The position numbers were made by a program, and so were the translations under genes. Source: Candidatus Methylomirabilia bacterium (GTDB lineage Bacteria > Methylomirabilota > Methylomirabilia > Rokubacteriales > CSP1-6). Taken from it: 45,322 nucleotides of DNA. The stretch covers positions 1 through 45,322 of the forward strand of contig JBGQHJ010000022.1 of assembly GCA_041497895.1 (NCBI GenBank). The letters are read 5' to 3'. The notes under the pieces are model-generated. The model was not told where the DNA came from. It ran no database searches and saw nothing but the letters and a program-made list of their open reading frames with translations. Shown piece by piece: positions 1-11,478 of this stretch (position 1 is its first letter; each line of letters opens with the position of its first letter).

Positions 1-500
1 CGCCGCTGCTCTTCCCGGTGAGCATCCGCGAGAACATCGCCTTCGGCCGGCCCGAGGCGCGCCTAGAGGAGATCGTGGAGGCCGCGAAGGCCGCCCGCAT
101 CCACGACATGGTGGCCCGCCTCCCGGCCGGATACGACACCGTGGTGGGGGAGCACGGGGTCACGCTCTCGGAAGGCGAGAAGCAGCGGTTGACCATCGCG
201 CGCGCGATCCTCCGCGACTCGCCGATCCTCATCCTGGACGAGCCCACGTCCGCGCTGGATCCGGAAACCGAGCGGCTCATCATCGAGGCCCTCGAGCGCC
301 TGCAGGCGGGTCGTACCACGTTCATCATCGCTCACCGGCTCTCGACGGTGCGGATGGCCGACCTGGTGGTGGTGATCAAGGACGGCCAGGTGGCGGAGCA
401 GGGCCCGCTCGAGACGCTGCTGGCGCGGCCGGGTCCGTTCGCCGCGATGTACGGCGCGCGCCCCGGCCCCCGGCAGGAGGACCCGCTTGCGATCCCGTAA
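1..500 (+). CDS. ABC transporter ATP-binding/permease (MsbA-like exporter), C-terminal part; 5' end outside window
   Basis: Signature LSEGEKQR, Walker B ILILDE, D-loop SALD, H-loop IAHRLST; frame is open from the window start. Confidence 0.9.
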   Translation, partial: PLLFPVSIRENIAFGRPEARLEEIVEAAKAARIHDMVARLPAGYDTVVGEHGVTLSEGEKQRLTIARAILRDSPILILDEPTSALDPETERLIIEALERLQAGRTTFIIAHRLSTVRMADLVVVIKDGQVAEQGPLETLLARPGPFAAMYGARPGPRQEDPLAIP

Positions 501-1653
501 GAAGCGCATCGTGGTCCTGCACCTGGCCGGGCGCTATCCGCTGGGCGGCATCGGCTGGCAGGCGATCCACTACGTCCTCGGGCTGACCCGACTCGGGCAC
601 GACGTCTACTACGTGGAGGACTCGGGCGCGCACCCGTACGATCCGCGCGTCAAGAGCGTGGTGGAAGACTCGAGCTACAGCGTGGCGTTCCTCGCCGACG
701 TGATGGGCCGCTTCGGGCTGGCCGACCGCTGGACCTACGTGGACGCGGTGACCGGCGTCCACCACGGCCTCTCGCGCGACCGGCTCGCCGATCTCTACCG
801 GGACGCCGACGCGATCTTCAACGTGTGCGGAGCGACCCGGCTCACCGAGGAGCATCTGCGCTGCCCGATCCGGGTCTACGTCGAGACGGACCCGGTCTTC
901 GAGCAGATCCGCGTGGCCGAGGGCGACCGGCGAGCCATCCTGGCGCTCGAGGATCACACCCATCACTTCACCTACGGCGAGAACCTCGGGCAGCCCGATT
1001 GCCCGATCCCGCTGGAGAAGTTCGCGTGGCGGACGACCCGTCCCCCCGTCATCCCGGACCTCTGGAGCACCCCGTTCGACCCGAGGGCGGAGCGGTTCAC
1101 CACCGTGGCCACCTGGAAGAACGCGGGCAAGGATATCCCCTTTCGGGGGGAGACGTACCTCTGGTCCAAGCACCTCAACTTCCTCAAGGTGATCGACCTG
1201 CCCAGCCGCACGCGGCAGCCGCTCGAGATGGCGTTCGAGATGGAGGACGACGGGACGCGCGACCTCCTCGGCCGGAACGGCTGGCTCCTCGCCGACGCCT
1301 TCCAGGTCTCGCGGGAGCTGGTCACCTACCAGCGGCACATCCAGCGGTCGCGCGGAGAGTTCACGGTAGCGAAGGATCTCGTCGCGCGGACGCGCAGCGG
1401 CTGGTTCAGCGACCGCAGCGTGTGCTACCTGGCCGCCGGCAAGCCGGTCGTGACCATGGACACCGGCTTCGGCAAGCACGTCCCCGCGGGGGTCGGTCTC
1501 CTGGCCTTCGAGACCGTCGAGGAGGCCGCGGCGGCGCTCGACGAGGTCAACCGGGACTACGAGCGCCACTGCCGGGAAGCCGGCCGCATCGCCCAGGAGT
1601 ACTTCGCCGCCGACCGGATCCTGACCCGGCTTTGCCGAGAGGCGGATCTCTAG
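487..1653 (+). CDS. Putative GT-B fold glycosyltransferase-like protein
   Basis: N-terminal 'RIVVLHLAGRYPLGG...GLTRLGHDVYYVE' and C-terminal 'SDRSVCYLAAGKPVVTMDTG' resemble GT4/CgeB-like domains; TTG start overlaps the ABC gene stop. Confidence 0.6.
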   Translation: MRSRKKRIVVLHLAGRYPLGGIGWQAIHYVLGLTRLGHDVYYVEDSGAHPYDPRVKSVVEDSSYSVAFLADVMGRFGLADRWTYVDAVTGVHHGLSRDRLADLYRDADAIFNVCGATRLTEEHLRCPIRVYVETDPVFEQIRVAEGDRRAILALEDHTHHFTYGENLGQPDCPIPLEKFAWRTTRPPVIPDLWSTPFDPRAERFTTVATWKNAGKDIPFRGETYLWSKHLNFLKVIDLPSRTRQPLEMAFEMEDDGTRDLLGRNGWLLADAFQVSRELVTYQRHIQRSRGEFTVAKDLVARTRSGWFSDRSVCYLAAGKPVVTMDTGFGKHVPAGVGLLAFETVEEAAAALDEVNRDYERHCREAGRIAQEYFAADRILTRLCREADL

Positions 1654-1783
1654 GCCTGACGCGTCTCGTAAGTCAGCTTTCCCCTTGAAGATCAATAGGT
1701 CATAAAGCACTTGGCAACCTGCGTCACCCTATGCTAAAAGTGCGGAGGCAGGACGAGTCAGAACTCCTCGGAGGGCTGCCGGA

Positions 1784-2413
1784 TTGGACGCCGCACTGGA
1801 GAAGAGGCAGGTCAAGAGGGCGTACAAGCTGTACGCGCCCGCCTACGACTTCGTCTTCGACTGGATCTTCCATCCGGGCCGTGAAGCCGCCATCCGACTC
1901 CTCGACATCAAGCGGGGCGACCGCGTCCTCGAGGTGGGGATCGGCACGGGGCTGAACCTCCCGCTCTACCCCTCCCACTGCCATCTCACCGGCATCGACC
2001 TCTCCGAGGAGATGCTGGAAAAGGCTCAGGACAAGATCGTGGAGCTGGCCCTGGGGAACGTCACGCTCAAGACCATGGACGCCACCACCATGGACTTCGG
2101 TCAGGGAGAGTTCGACTCCGTCGTCGCCACCTATACCATCAGCGCGGTGCCCGACCCGGTCGGCGTGTTACGCGAGATGAAGCGGGTGGTCAAGCCGGGC
2201 GGTAACATCGTGGTGCTCAACCACTTCCGGAGCGAGCGCCCCGCGGTCGGGCGCCTCGAGGACCTGGTCGCTCCGGTGTGCACCCGACTCGGCTGGAAGT
2301 CCAACCTTCCGCTCGAGCCGCTGTTGAAGCAGGTTGGCCTCGTTCCCGACATCACCGCGAAGGTCAACCTGTTCAACGGCTGGCGCCTGATCAGGTGCGT
2401 GAACCCTAAGTAG
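1784..2413 (+). CDS. Class I SAM-dependent methyltransferase, PmtA-like (phospholipid N-methyltransferase family)
   Basis: Motif I VLEVGIGTG, GIDLSEEML, AYKLYAPAYD N-terminus, LNHF motif; GGAGG upstream of the TTG start. Confidence 0.75.
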   Translation: MDAALEKRQVKRAYKLYAPAYDFVFDWIFHPGREAAIRLLDIKRGDRVLEVGIGTGLNLPLYPSHCHLTGIDLSEEMLEKAQDKIVELALGNVTLKTMDATTMDFGQGEFDSVVATYTISAVPDPVGVLREMKRVVKPGGNIVVLNHFRSERPAVGRLEDLVAPVCTRLGWKSNLPLEPLLKQVGLVPDITAKVNLFNGWRLIRCVNPK

Positions 2414-2421
2414 TCGTCGCT

Positions 2422-2910
2422 TCACTTCTCCGGGCTTTCCGCCTCCTGCCATCCGTGACGCAGCACGACGATGAGCCGCGCCTGCCCGTTCACCGGGTCG
2501 ATCCGGACCACGTCGCCCGGCTTCAGGAGAGCCAGCGAGCCCGCCCGGCTGTCCTCGGTGACCACGAACGGATCGCGCCCGAGCTCGGTGACGAGGACGC
2601 GGCCGGCCCCGTTCAGCGAGACGAGCCGCCGCGTCTTCTCGTTGACCTCCAGCACGGTCAGCCGGCGCTGCTGCACCGACCCGGTCAGACCCCCTGCGGC
2701 GCCCGGCACCAACTCCGCCTCCGCGGTCTGGACCGCGGCCGCGTCTCCCGCTTCCAGCGACGGCCCCCACCGCTCATCCGCCGGACGCGGAGGCGTCGAG
2801 GTCGCCAGTTTGCTCGGAGCGCGCTCGCTCAGCACCTCGAGCACGCCCACGCCGAGGACACACATTGCCACCGCGAGACCGATCAGCACTCTTCCCCAGG
2901 TCACGCTCAT
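2422..2910 (-). CDS. Hypothetical membrane-anchored protein with C-terminal OB-fold-like domain
   Basis: N-terminal hydrophobic helix; C-terminal 'LALLKPGDVVRI' pattern; GGAGG RBS and sigma54-like promoter upstream. Confidence 0.6.
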   Translation of the reverse strand: MSVTWGRVLIGLAVAMCVLGVGVLEVLSERAPSKLATSTPPRPADERWGPSLEAGDAAAVQTAEAELVPGAAGGLTGSVQQRRLTVLEVNEKTRRLVSLNGAGRVLVTELGRDPFVVTEDSRAGSLALLKPGDVVRIDPVNGQARLIVVLRHGWQEAESPEK

Positions 2911-2978
2911 CTTCGTGTCCTCCCTCTGTGCTGCGGGTTGCCCCTCACCGTCCAGGCATTGGTGCCGCCCGCAGGAAT

Positions 2979-2994
2979 TGCATCGCGAGTGCCA
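2979..2994 (-). promoter_or_regulatory. Putative sigma54 (-24/-12) promoter for 2422..2910
   Basis: Minus strand TGGCAC-TCGCG-ATGCA versus consensus TGGCAC-N5-TTGCA, with an AT-richer tract upstream. Confidence 0.6.
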
Positions 2995-3142
2995 CGAAGT
3001 AACGTACTGGAATGGAAGATGAATCCGAGCACACGCTCGACCCCAACGGGCAACCTGCCTGCATGCGGCGGAAGAGTGCCCGATCTCGAGACGGTGCCGT
3101 GGCCCCTTGCGCCCGGGTCGGATGGCTCCGCATCATGAGCGC

Positions 3143-4192
3143 GTGATGCGGCACCGGGCCGGCAGCGCCAAGGGGGTGAGCGCGGCGGCGCGGCTCGCCC
3201 TGGCCTGCCTGCTCGCGCTGCCGGTCTTCACGACGACGTCCTCGCTGGTCTCCACGACCGTGTTCCTCGTGGAGTTTCTCGGCCAGGGGCGCTGGCGGCC
3301 CCTCTCCGGACTCACCCGGACGCCGGGCGCGCGTCCTCTGGCCGCCGCGACGGCGTCGGGCCCGGTGGCGATCGACCTGTACGTGGCCCCCGCCCTTCGT
3401 CGCCCGCCGGGTCTCGTCCTGGTCCACGGGCTCTCCCCGGCAGGCAAGGACGACACGCGGCTGCGCGAGGCCGCGATGCTGCTCGCTCGCTCGGGCTGGG
3501 CGGTCGCGGTTCCCACCGTGGACGGCCTCACGGCGCTCCGTCTCCGCCCGGACGACGCGGCGGCGGTGAGCGCGAGCGTGCGCGCCCTCCGCGCCGCCGG
3601 CTACCGGCGCGTGGCGGTTCTCGGCGTGAGCCTCGGCGCCGGGCCCGCCCTGCTCGCGGCGGCGGACCCGGCGGTGGCCGGGAGCGTCTCGGCGGTGCTC
3701 GCCCTCGGCGGTTACGCCGGGGCGGGGGAGCTGCTGCGCTACACGCTCACCGGCTCCTACGCGTTCGGTGATCTCTCGGGCCGAGCGCCGGTACAGGAAG
3801 CGGCCATCGCCCAGTTCGCGCGCGCCAACGCCGAGCTGGTCGACGCCCCGGGCGCGCGGCTCGTCGACAATCGCAACCCGGCCGCCTTCGATCGCCTCGT
3901 CGAGGCCCTGCCCCGCTCGACGCGAGACCTCCTCGACGCGCTCTCGCCGGACCGGGCGCTCGCCGGCCTGCGCGCGCCGCTCTTCCTGATCCACGGGCGC
4001 CAGGATCCGGCGGTTCCGTTCACGGAGAGCCTGCGCCTCCAGGCCGCCGCGCGGGCGGCGGGCCGGCCGGTGCGCACCGCGATCGTGGGCGCGGTGAGTC
4101 ACGTCGAGGCCGGCCGCCGTGCCGGCGAGCTCGCCGACCTGGCTCGCCTGTGGGCGACGTTCTACGCGTTCCGGCGCACGGCCGGAGGGTGA
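3143..4192 (+). CDS. Alpha/beta hydrolase, membrane-anchored or secreted
   Basis: LVLVHG oxyanion region, nucleophile elbow GVSLG, HGRQDPAVP (Asp), VSHV (His); start uncertain (GTG 3143 or ATG 3146). Confidence 0.75.
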   Translation: MMRHRAGSAKGVSAAARLALACLLALPVFTTTSSLVSTTVFLVEFLGQGRWRPLSGLTRTPGARPLAAATASGPVAIDLYVAPALRRPPGLVLVHGLSPAGKDDTRLREAAMLLARSGWAVAVPTVDGLTALRLRPDDAAAVSASVRALRAAGYRRVAVLGVSLGAGPALLAAADPAVAGSVSAVLALGGYAGAGELLRYTLTGSYAFGDLSGRAPVQEAAIAQFARANAELVDAPGARLVDNRNPAAFDRLVEALPRSTRDLLDALSPDRALAGLRAPLFLIHGRQDPAVPFTESLRLQAAARAAGRPVRTAIVGAVSHVEAGRRAGELADLARLWATFYAFRRTAGG

Positions 4193-4204
4193 GGGGGCGA
4201 CGGA

Positions 4205-5083
4205 CTACTTCGGCGGGCGCAGGTCCATCAAGGCCATCGCGTCGCGCACCGGCTGGTAGTCGGCGTCGGCGGCCTCGATGAACCCGTCGATACCGTAGAT
4301 CTCCTTGAGCACCACCGCGTGCTCGGGCGCCTTCATCGCGAGCAAGGCGCGCTTGAGCTTGGCCAGCGGCTCCGCGGGCACGCCGGGCCGCGCGCAGATC
4401 CCCGCCTCCGGGATCTCCGGCGTCTCGCCGACCCACCCGAGCTGGGCCACGAGCGCGGGGTCCTTCAGGTAGAGCTCGGGCGAGCTGTCGAAGGAGGCGG
4501 CCGCGTCCACGCGTCCGTGGAGGACGGCCTGCAGGGCCGCCTCGTGCGTCCCGGCGAAGAGCGCCTCCTTGAAGAAGCTCTTCGGATCCCGATCGCGCAC
4601 CAGCCCCTGCTTCATCAGGAGCACCATCGGGTAGATGTAGCCCGAGGACGAGGCGGGGTCGACGAAGGCGACGGTCTTGCCGCGCAGGTCCTCGACTCGC
4701 CGGATGCCCCGGTCCTTCCGCACGTAGAAGCGCGCGGTGTACGCGGTCTTGCCCTGCCACACGTCGCGCACCAGGATCTGGCAGCCGGCCTCGCGATTGG
4801 CCAGGACGTACCCGACCGGATGGACGAACGCCAGATCCACCCGACGGCTGCGGAGGGCCTCGACGACCCCCGCGTAGTCGGACGCGACGAGGGCCCGGAC
4901 CGGCACCCCGGAGACCTGGGTGAGCGTGCGGGCGAAGGCGTCGCCGGCCTCCTTGAGCGCGGTCGGATCGCGGGACGGCGTGAAGACCAGGGTGAGCGGA
5001 GCCTCCGGGCGCGTGCAGCCGACGAGACCACCGCCCAGGGCCAGCAGCAGGCCGACGAGCAGTGGAGCGAAGCGACGAGGCAT
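4205..5083 (-). CDS. phnD: Phosphate/phosphite/phosphonate ABC substrate-binding lipoprotein (PhnD family)
   Basis: Lipobox LVGC; motifs SDYAGVVEAL, AFVDPASSSGYIYP, FAGTHEAAL; ATG at 5083 preferred over the upstream GTG. Confidence 0.8.
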   Translation of the reverse strand: MPRRFAPLLVGLLLALGGGLVGCTRPEAPLTLVFTPSRDPTALKEAGDAFARTLTQVSGVPVRALVASDYAGVVEALRSRRVDLAFVHPVGYVLANREAGCQILVRDVWQGKTAYTARFYVRKDRGIRRVEDLRGKTVAFVDPASSSGYIYPMVLLMKQGLVRDRDPKSFFKEALFAGTHEAALQAVLHGRVDAAASFDSSPELYLKDPALVAQLGWVGETPEIPEAGICARPGVPAEPLAKLKRALLAMKAPEHAVVLKEIYGIDGFIEAADADYQPVRDAMALMDLRPPK

Positions 5084-5141
5084 CGGGGCCGACCGTAGCA
5101 CGCGATCCGGAGACCGCGCAACGATCCCAGGTCGGCGAGGT

Positions 5142-6626
<1,485 letters not shown>

Positions 6627-6661
6627 CCGCGGGCCCTCCCGTCCGCCACGAAGTGAGCGGC

Positions 6662-6690
6662 ACGTTAGGCAGCGGTGACGCCGCTGTCAA
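6662..6690 (-). promoter_or_regulatory. Putative sigma70 promoter of the NtrC-family gene, with a short inverted repeat
   Basis: Minus strand TTGACA-17 nt-TAACGT; CAGCGG/CCGCTG inverted repeat overlaps the spacer. Confidence 0.5.
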
Positions 6691-6724
6691 GCGGATTCCT
6701 ACCCTTACTGCGTCCTCGCGGGGA

Positions 6725-8206
6725 TCAGGGGCGCGGGGCGGTCAGCATAACGTACTCGTTACGCCCACCGCCACGCTGGAGATACACCGGCACCGACTCG
6801 CCCGGCTTCAGCGCGGCCGCGATCTGCCGGAACGCGGCCGCGTCGGCCACCGGGCGTCGATTCACCTCCACGATGGCGTCGCCCGGCTTGATGCCCGCCT
6901 CCGCGCCGGGGCTCCCCGGGACCACCTCGGTGACCAGGAGCCCGCTGCGCGCGGAGAGGTGGTTCTGCTGGGCCGTCTCGGGCGTCAGTGGCTCCACCGT
7001 CAGGCCCAGCACGTCCTCGCCGCCGCTCTCGGCCGCGGCCATCGCCTCGTCGGTGGGCTGCTCCCCCACCTTCACGCTGAGCGCCAGCGGGGCGTGGTCG
7101 CGCATCACCACGATCGGCGTGGGCCGTCCCGGCTCCACCGCGGCCACGCGCTTCTGGAGGTCGGTCACGTCCTTGATCGCGGTCCCGCCGAAGCCGGTGA
7201 TCACGTCGCCCGGCTTGAGCCCGGCGGCCTCCGCGGGGCCGTCCTTCATCACCTCGGCCACCAGCACCCCCGCGTCCTCCTTGACCCCGAATCCCGCGGC
7301 CAGCTCGGGGGTGAGGTCCTGGATCACCACCCCGAGCCAGCCGCGCACCACCCGGCCCCGGGCGATCAGCTGGGTCATGATGTCGCGTGCCATCGTGATC
7401 GGGATCGCGAAGCCGATGCCCTGCCCGCTCGAGACGATGGCGGTGTTGATGCCGATCACCCGCCCGTCCAGGTTCAGCAGCGGGCCGCCCGAGTTGCCGG
7501 GATTGATCGATGCGTCGGTCTGGATGAAAGCCTCGTAGGTGGCGACGCCCACGTGGGTGCGGCCGGTGGCCGAGATGATGCCCGCGGTCACGGTCCGGTC
7601 GAGGCCGAACGGGTTGCCGATGGCGATGGCCCACTGCCCCACCCGGAGGGTGTCGGAGTCTCCAAGGTCCGCCACCGGCAGCGGCGCCGGGCTCTCGACC
7701 TTGAGCACGGCCAGGTCGGTGCGAGCGTCGCGGCCGACCAGGGTGGCCGTGAACTTGCGGTCGTCGGAGAGCCGCACCTCGATCGCGGTCGCGTTCTCGA
7801 CCACGTGGTTGTTGGTCAGGATGTAGCCGCGCGGGTCCACGATGACGCCGGAGCCGGCGGCGCGGCCGTCCTCCCGCGGCGCGCGCCGGCGGAAGAAGCG
7901 CTCGAAGAGCTCGGGCCCGAAGAACTCGCGGAAGCGCTCTTCCATCTCGGGCGACGGGGCTGCCTCCTGCGCCGCCTCCGGCTTCACCTTCACGCTCACG
8001 TTGACCACCGACGGGGTGGCGCGATCCGCGACGGACACGAACGCGTCCTCCAGCGCGCGCAGGAGCGCCTTCGAGTCGGGCGCGGGCGCGACGGCGGCCG
8101 GCCCCGCCGGCGCGGGGCGCGTTTGGGCGATCGCGGCGGGCGCGGGCGGGAGCAGGAGCGCCGTGAGCAGGACCACGGACGAGAGCACGGCACGTCGGGT
8201 CGTCAT
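6725..8206 (-). CDS. htrA: DegP/HtrA (Do family) serine endoprotease with two PDZ domains
   Basis: Triad motifs TNNHVV, DLAVLK, QTDASINPGNSGG; two PDZ repeats; signal peptide. Confidence 0.95.
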   Translation of the reverse strand: MTTRRAVLSSVVLLTALLLPPAPAAIAQTRPAPAGPAAVAPAPDSKALLRALEDAFVSVADRATPSVVNVSVKVKPEAAQEAAPSPEMEERFREFFGPELFERFFRRRAPREDGRAAGSGVIVDPRGYILTNNHVVENATAIEVRLSDDRKFTATLVGRDARTDLAVLKVESPAPLPVADLGDSDTLRVGQWAIAIGNPFGLDRTVTAGIISATGRTHVGVATYEAFIQTDASINPGNSGGPLLNLDGRVIGINTAIVSSGQGIGFAIPITMARDIMTQLIARGRVVRGWLGVVIQDLTPELAAGFGVKEDAGVLVAEVMKDGPAEAAGLKPGDVITGFGGTAIKDVTDLQKRVAAVEPGRPTPIVVMRDHAPLALSVKVGEQPTDEAMAAAESGGEDVLGLTVEPLTPETAQQNHLSARSGLLVTEVVPGSPGAEAGIKPGDAIVEVNRRPVADAAAFRQIAAALKPGESVPVYLQRGGGRNEYVMLTAPRP

Positions 8207-8222
8207 CTCGGGCCTCCGTGAA

Positions 8223-9629
8223 TCATCTTACCGCCGGGTCCGGGGCCGTACCAGCCACCTCGAGCGCCAGCTCGAGGACGCGCGTGGTGGCGGCGCTGAT
8301 CGGCGCACGCTGGCCGCGGCGCACGCCCGCTACCCACACGATCTCACCGGCGGCCTCGACGAGCGGGGTGCGGGGGCGCTGCCATCGAGGAACGCCCGCG
8401 TCGATCAGGAAGGACTTGAGGCGCCGGAGCCCGGCGGCGCCGAAGGGCGCGAAGACGTCGCCGCGGCGACGCGCCCGCACGGTGAGCGCGGCCGGCAGCA
8501 GGTCGGCGTCGAACGCCGCGCGCGTGCGCTCGCGCGGTACCACGTAGTCCGGACCGCGGGGGAAAACCCGGGCGGTAAGCCGCTCGCCGATCTCCGGCAG
8601 GTCGAGCGCGCCCGGAGCCGCCCACGCGCGCGTCGCGACGGCGAGCAGGCCGGGCGGGCCCACCCGCAGGCGGCGGCCGCTGCGCTCGACGACGAGCCGG
8701 CCCAGGCGCACCGCCCGGCGCCGCGGGGCCTCGCCGAGCAGCCGGCGGAGCGCACGCTGGGCCGGTCCGCGCAGCGGGCGCGTCTCGCCGAGCAGGGCGG
8801 CGGCCTGCCGGATCGTCTCCGCGGCCAGCTCGATCGGCTGCGCCTCCAGTGGACCCACGTCGAGGACGACCCCCGCCGGGTCCCGGGCGGCCAGCCGCTC
8901 CAGGTCGGCGCGGGCGCGGGCCTCGAGATCGGCCACCACCGCGCGCGCCACTGCGGCCGAACGGCCGATGGCCTCGACCACCGAGCCCCCGGTGAGCTCG
9001 GCCATGAACGGCAGCAGGTCGTGTCGGATACGTGAGCGAAGGAAGCGCGGATCGCGATTGCTCGCGTCCTCGGCCGCGGTCAGGCCCCGCGCATCCAGGT
9101 GGGCCACGATCTCGGCCCGCCGCGTCTCGATGAGCGGGCTGATGAGGGCTCCCCGCACCGGCGCGATTCCGCCCAGCCCGCGGGGACCCGCGCCCTGGAG
9201 CAGCCGCATCAGCACCGTCTCGGCTTGATCGTCGGCGGTGTGACCGGTCGCGATGCGCGCCGCGCCCACGACGTGCGCCGCGCGCGCGAGGGCCGCGTGA
9301 CGGGCCCGGCGGCTCTCCGCCTCGAGCCCGTCCCAGGGCGGGGCGCGCCGAACCGTGACCCGCTCGACCCGGCAGGCCACCCCGAGCCGCTCGCAGAGCC
9401 GCTCGACCGCCTCGGCCTCCGCGTCGGCCTCGGCCCGGAGCCCGTGGTGCACGTGGGCCACCGAGAGCGCGAGGGCGAGCGGCGCGCGGAGCGCGCAGAG
9501 CACGTCGAGAAGCGCGACCGAGTCGGGCCCGCCCGAGACGGCCACCAAGACACCTTCGCCGCCACGGAGCATTCCGTGACGGCGAATGGTGTCCCGGACG
9601 TGCGCGACGAGGCTAGTGGCGATGGTCAC
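8223..9629 (-). CDS. tilS: tRNA(Ile)-lysidine synthetase
   Basis: PP-loop AVSGGPDS, HVHHGLR, GHTADDQAET, EDASN..RSRIRH, TilS C-terminal domain. Confidence 0.93.
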   Translation of the reverse strand: MTIATSLVAHVRDTIRRHGMLRGGEGVLVAVSGGPDSVALLDVLCALRAPLALALSVAHVHHGLRAEADAEAEAVERLCERLGVACRVERVTVRRAPPWDGLEAESRRARHAALARAAHVVGAARIATGHTADDQAETVLMRLLQGAGPRGLGGIAPVRGALISPLIETRRAEIVAHLDARGLTAAEDASNRDPRFLRSRIRHDLLPFMAELTGGSVVEAIGRSAAVARAVVADLEARARADLERLAARDPAGVVLDVGPLEAQPIELAAETIRQAAALLGETRPLRGPAQRALRRLLGEAPRRRAVRLGRLVVERSGRRLRVGPPGLLAVATRAWAAPGALDLPEIGERLTARVFPRGPDYVVPRERTRAAFDADLLPAALTVRARRRGDVFAPFGAAGLRRLKSFLIDAGVPRWQRPRTPLVEAAGEIVWVAGVRRGQRAPISAATTRVLELALEVAGTAPDPAVR

Positions 9630-10308
9630 ACTGTGACTGCAGGCCCACCCACACCTCGCCGTCCTCGAAGTACTCCTTCTTCCAGATCGGCACCGTCTCC
9701 TTCAAGGTGTCGATGGCGAAGCGGCAGGCCTCGAAGGCCAGGGCCCGATGCGGCGAGGAGACCGCGATCATGACGCTCGACTCCCCGATCTCGAGGCGTC
9801 CGATGCGGTGGACGAGCGCGATCCGCGTGACGATGGGCCAGCGGCCGCGGATGGCCGCCGCGATCTCCCGCATCTTGGCGAGCGCCATGGGCCCGTGGGC
9901 CTCGTACTCGAGGAACTTCACGCGCCGTCCGCCGGTCTGGTCGCGCACCACCCCCGAGAAGAGGGCGAGCGCGCCGGCCCCCGGGTGCTCGACCGCCTGG
10001 GCGAGCGCACGCTCGGAGAGGGGCTCGGTGGTGACCTCGATCCAGTCCGCCTCCGGCCCCGCGGCACCGCCGCTCACCGGAGGGAACAGGCAGAGCTCAT
10101 CCCCATCCGCGAGCGGCCGATCGGCGTCGACGTAGTCGTTGCGGAGGGCGAACAGGGTGAACGGTCGGTAGGGCACGAGCGCCGGGAGCTGACGCGCCAC
10201 CGCTTCCCAGGCCCGCTCGACGGTGCCGCCGTCGGGAAGCTCGAGATCCAGCGAGTCGCGGCCCGCCGCCTCGCGATAGCGGGCGAACAGCCGGACCTGC
10301 ACCTTCAT
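9613..10308 (-). CDS. moaX: Fused molybdopterin synthase MoaD-MoaE (MoaX-type)
   Basis: N-terminal ubiquitin-like MoaD ending FPPVSGG, followed in frame by MoaE (FSGVVRD, LEYEAH, HRIGRL, LKETVPIWKKE). Confidence 0.92.
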   Translation of the reverse strand: MKVQVRLFARYREAAGRDSLDLELPDGGTVERAWEAVARQLPALVPYRPFTLFALRNDYVDADRPLADGDELCLFPPVSGGAAGPEADWIEVTTEPLSERALAQAVEHPGAGALALFSGVVRDQTGGRRVKFLEYEAHGPMALAKMREIAAAIRGRWPIVTRIALVHRIGRLEIGESSVMIAVSSPHRALAFEACRFAIDTLKETVPIWKKEYFEDGEVWVGLQSQCDHRH

Positions 10309-10336
10309 CGAGCGAGCCCCGGTCCCCCGCGGCGGT

Positions 10337-10666
10337 CTAGAACTGGTGGGACGAGCCGCAGCCGCAGGACGACTTCACGTTCGGGTTCTTGATCGCGAAC
10401 CCGGCGCCCAGCATGTTGTTGTCGACGTAGTCGATCTCGCTGCCCTGGAGATACGGGGCACTGTTCGAATCCACGAAGACCTTCACGCCGTGCGTCTCGA
10501 CGACGTTGTCGCCGTCGGTCGCGGTGTCGTCCCAGCCGAGCTCATAGGACATGCCGGAGCATCCGCCCCCGACGATACGGATCCGCAGCCCCCACTCGGG
10601 CTTGCCCTCTTCGAGCCGCAGGTCCGAGATCTTCTTGGCGGCCGTCTCAGTCAACGTGATCATCAA
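10337..10666 (-). CDS. iscA: A-type Fe-S cluster carrier (IscA/ErpA/HesB family)
   Basis: GGGCSGMSY and C-terminal NPNVKSSCGCGSS; AAGGAGG RBS. Confidence 0.9.
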   Translation of the reverse strand: MMITLTETAAKKISDLRLEEGKPEWGLRIRIVGGGCSGMSYELGWDDTATDGDNVVETHGVKVFVDSNSAPYLQGSEIDYVDNNMLGAGFAIKNPNVKSSCGCGSSHQF

Positions 10667-10708
10667 TGCCTCCTTGGGCCTGGAGTGCCGAGATATCGAT
10701 TCGGGCTA

Positions 10709-10717
10709 AGTATAGCA
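10709..10717 (-). promoter_or_regulatory. Extended -10 promoter for iscA-moaX-tilS-htrA
   Basis: Minus strand TG-C-TATACT in the intergenic gap. Confidence 0.5.
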
Positions 10718-10761
10718 GAAGGGCCGAGGGCTTGCCGCGCACCCCTCCGGGCCGGCCGCCT

Positions 10762-11478
10762 CTAGAGGATACCGCCGGCCGGGAGGAGCGTGACTTCCTC
10801 CAGGGTGGCGTTCGGGCCCAGGCTGGCCATGAGCAGGGCCGCCTCGGCCACCTGGTCTGCCCGCAGCATGCGGTCCCTCGCCGGGGCTCCCGGCATGGCG
10901 TCCCAGAGGGGGGTATCGGTGGCCCCGGCCGAGAGCACCCCGACCCGGACCCCGTGGGGCCGCATCTCCTCCGCGAGCACCCGGGAGAAGCCGAGCAGCC
11001 CGTACTTGGAGGCGGTATACGCGGCGCTGCCGGCCAGCGACCGGCTCGTGACCACCGACCCTACGCTGATGATGGTCCCGCGGTGACGGTCGATCATGGC
11101 CGGCAGGACGGCGCGGCAGCAGAGCACCGCCCCGCGGAGGTTCACGGCCAGCATCTGGTCCCAGTCGTCGAGCTTGGAGTCGGTCACCGGGGCGAAGGTC
11201 GCCACCCCGGCCGCGTTGACCAGCACGTCGACCTGCCGCCACTCGGCGAGCGCCCGGCGAACCAGGGCCTCCACCGAGGCTTCCTGCCGCGCGTCGGTCG
11301 GCACGACCAGCGCCCGGCCCCCCGCCTGCTCGATCTCGCGGGCCACGCCGTGAAGCTCGGCCCCGGAGCGAGCGGCCAGCACCACCGCGGCGCCCTCCCG
11401 GGCGAACGCCCCCGCGATCGCCCGGCCGATGCCCCGCCCGGCCCCGGTGACGATCGCGACCTGGCCGGCGAGCTTCAA
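10762..11478 (-). CDS. SDR oxidoreductase, putative bacterial sepiapterin reductase
   Basis: [18 protein letters not shown]-terminus GATDTPLWD...[10 protein letters not shown] recalls Chlorobium/cyanobacterial pterin-reducing SDRs (from memory); TTG start at 11478 overlaps the folE stop (TTGA). Confidence 0.75.
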   Translation of the reverse strand: MKLAGQVAIVTGAGRGIGRAIAGAFAREGAAVVLAARSGAELHGVAREIEQAGGRALVVPTDARQEASVEALVRRALAEWRQVDVLVNAAGVATFAPVTDSKLDDWDQMLAVNLRGAVLCCRAVLPAMIDRHRGTIISVGSVVTSRSLAGSAAYTASKYGLLGFSRVLAEEMRPHGVRVGVLSAGATDTPLWDAMPGAPARDRMLRADQVAEAALLMASLGPNATLEEVTLLPAGGIL

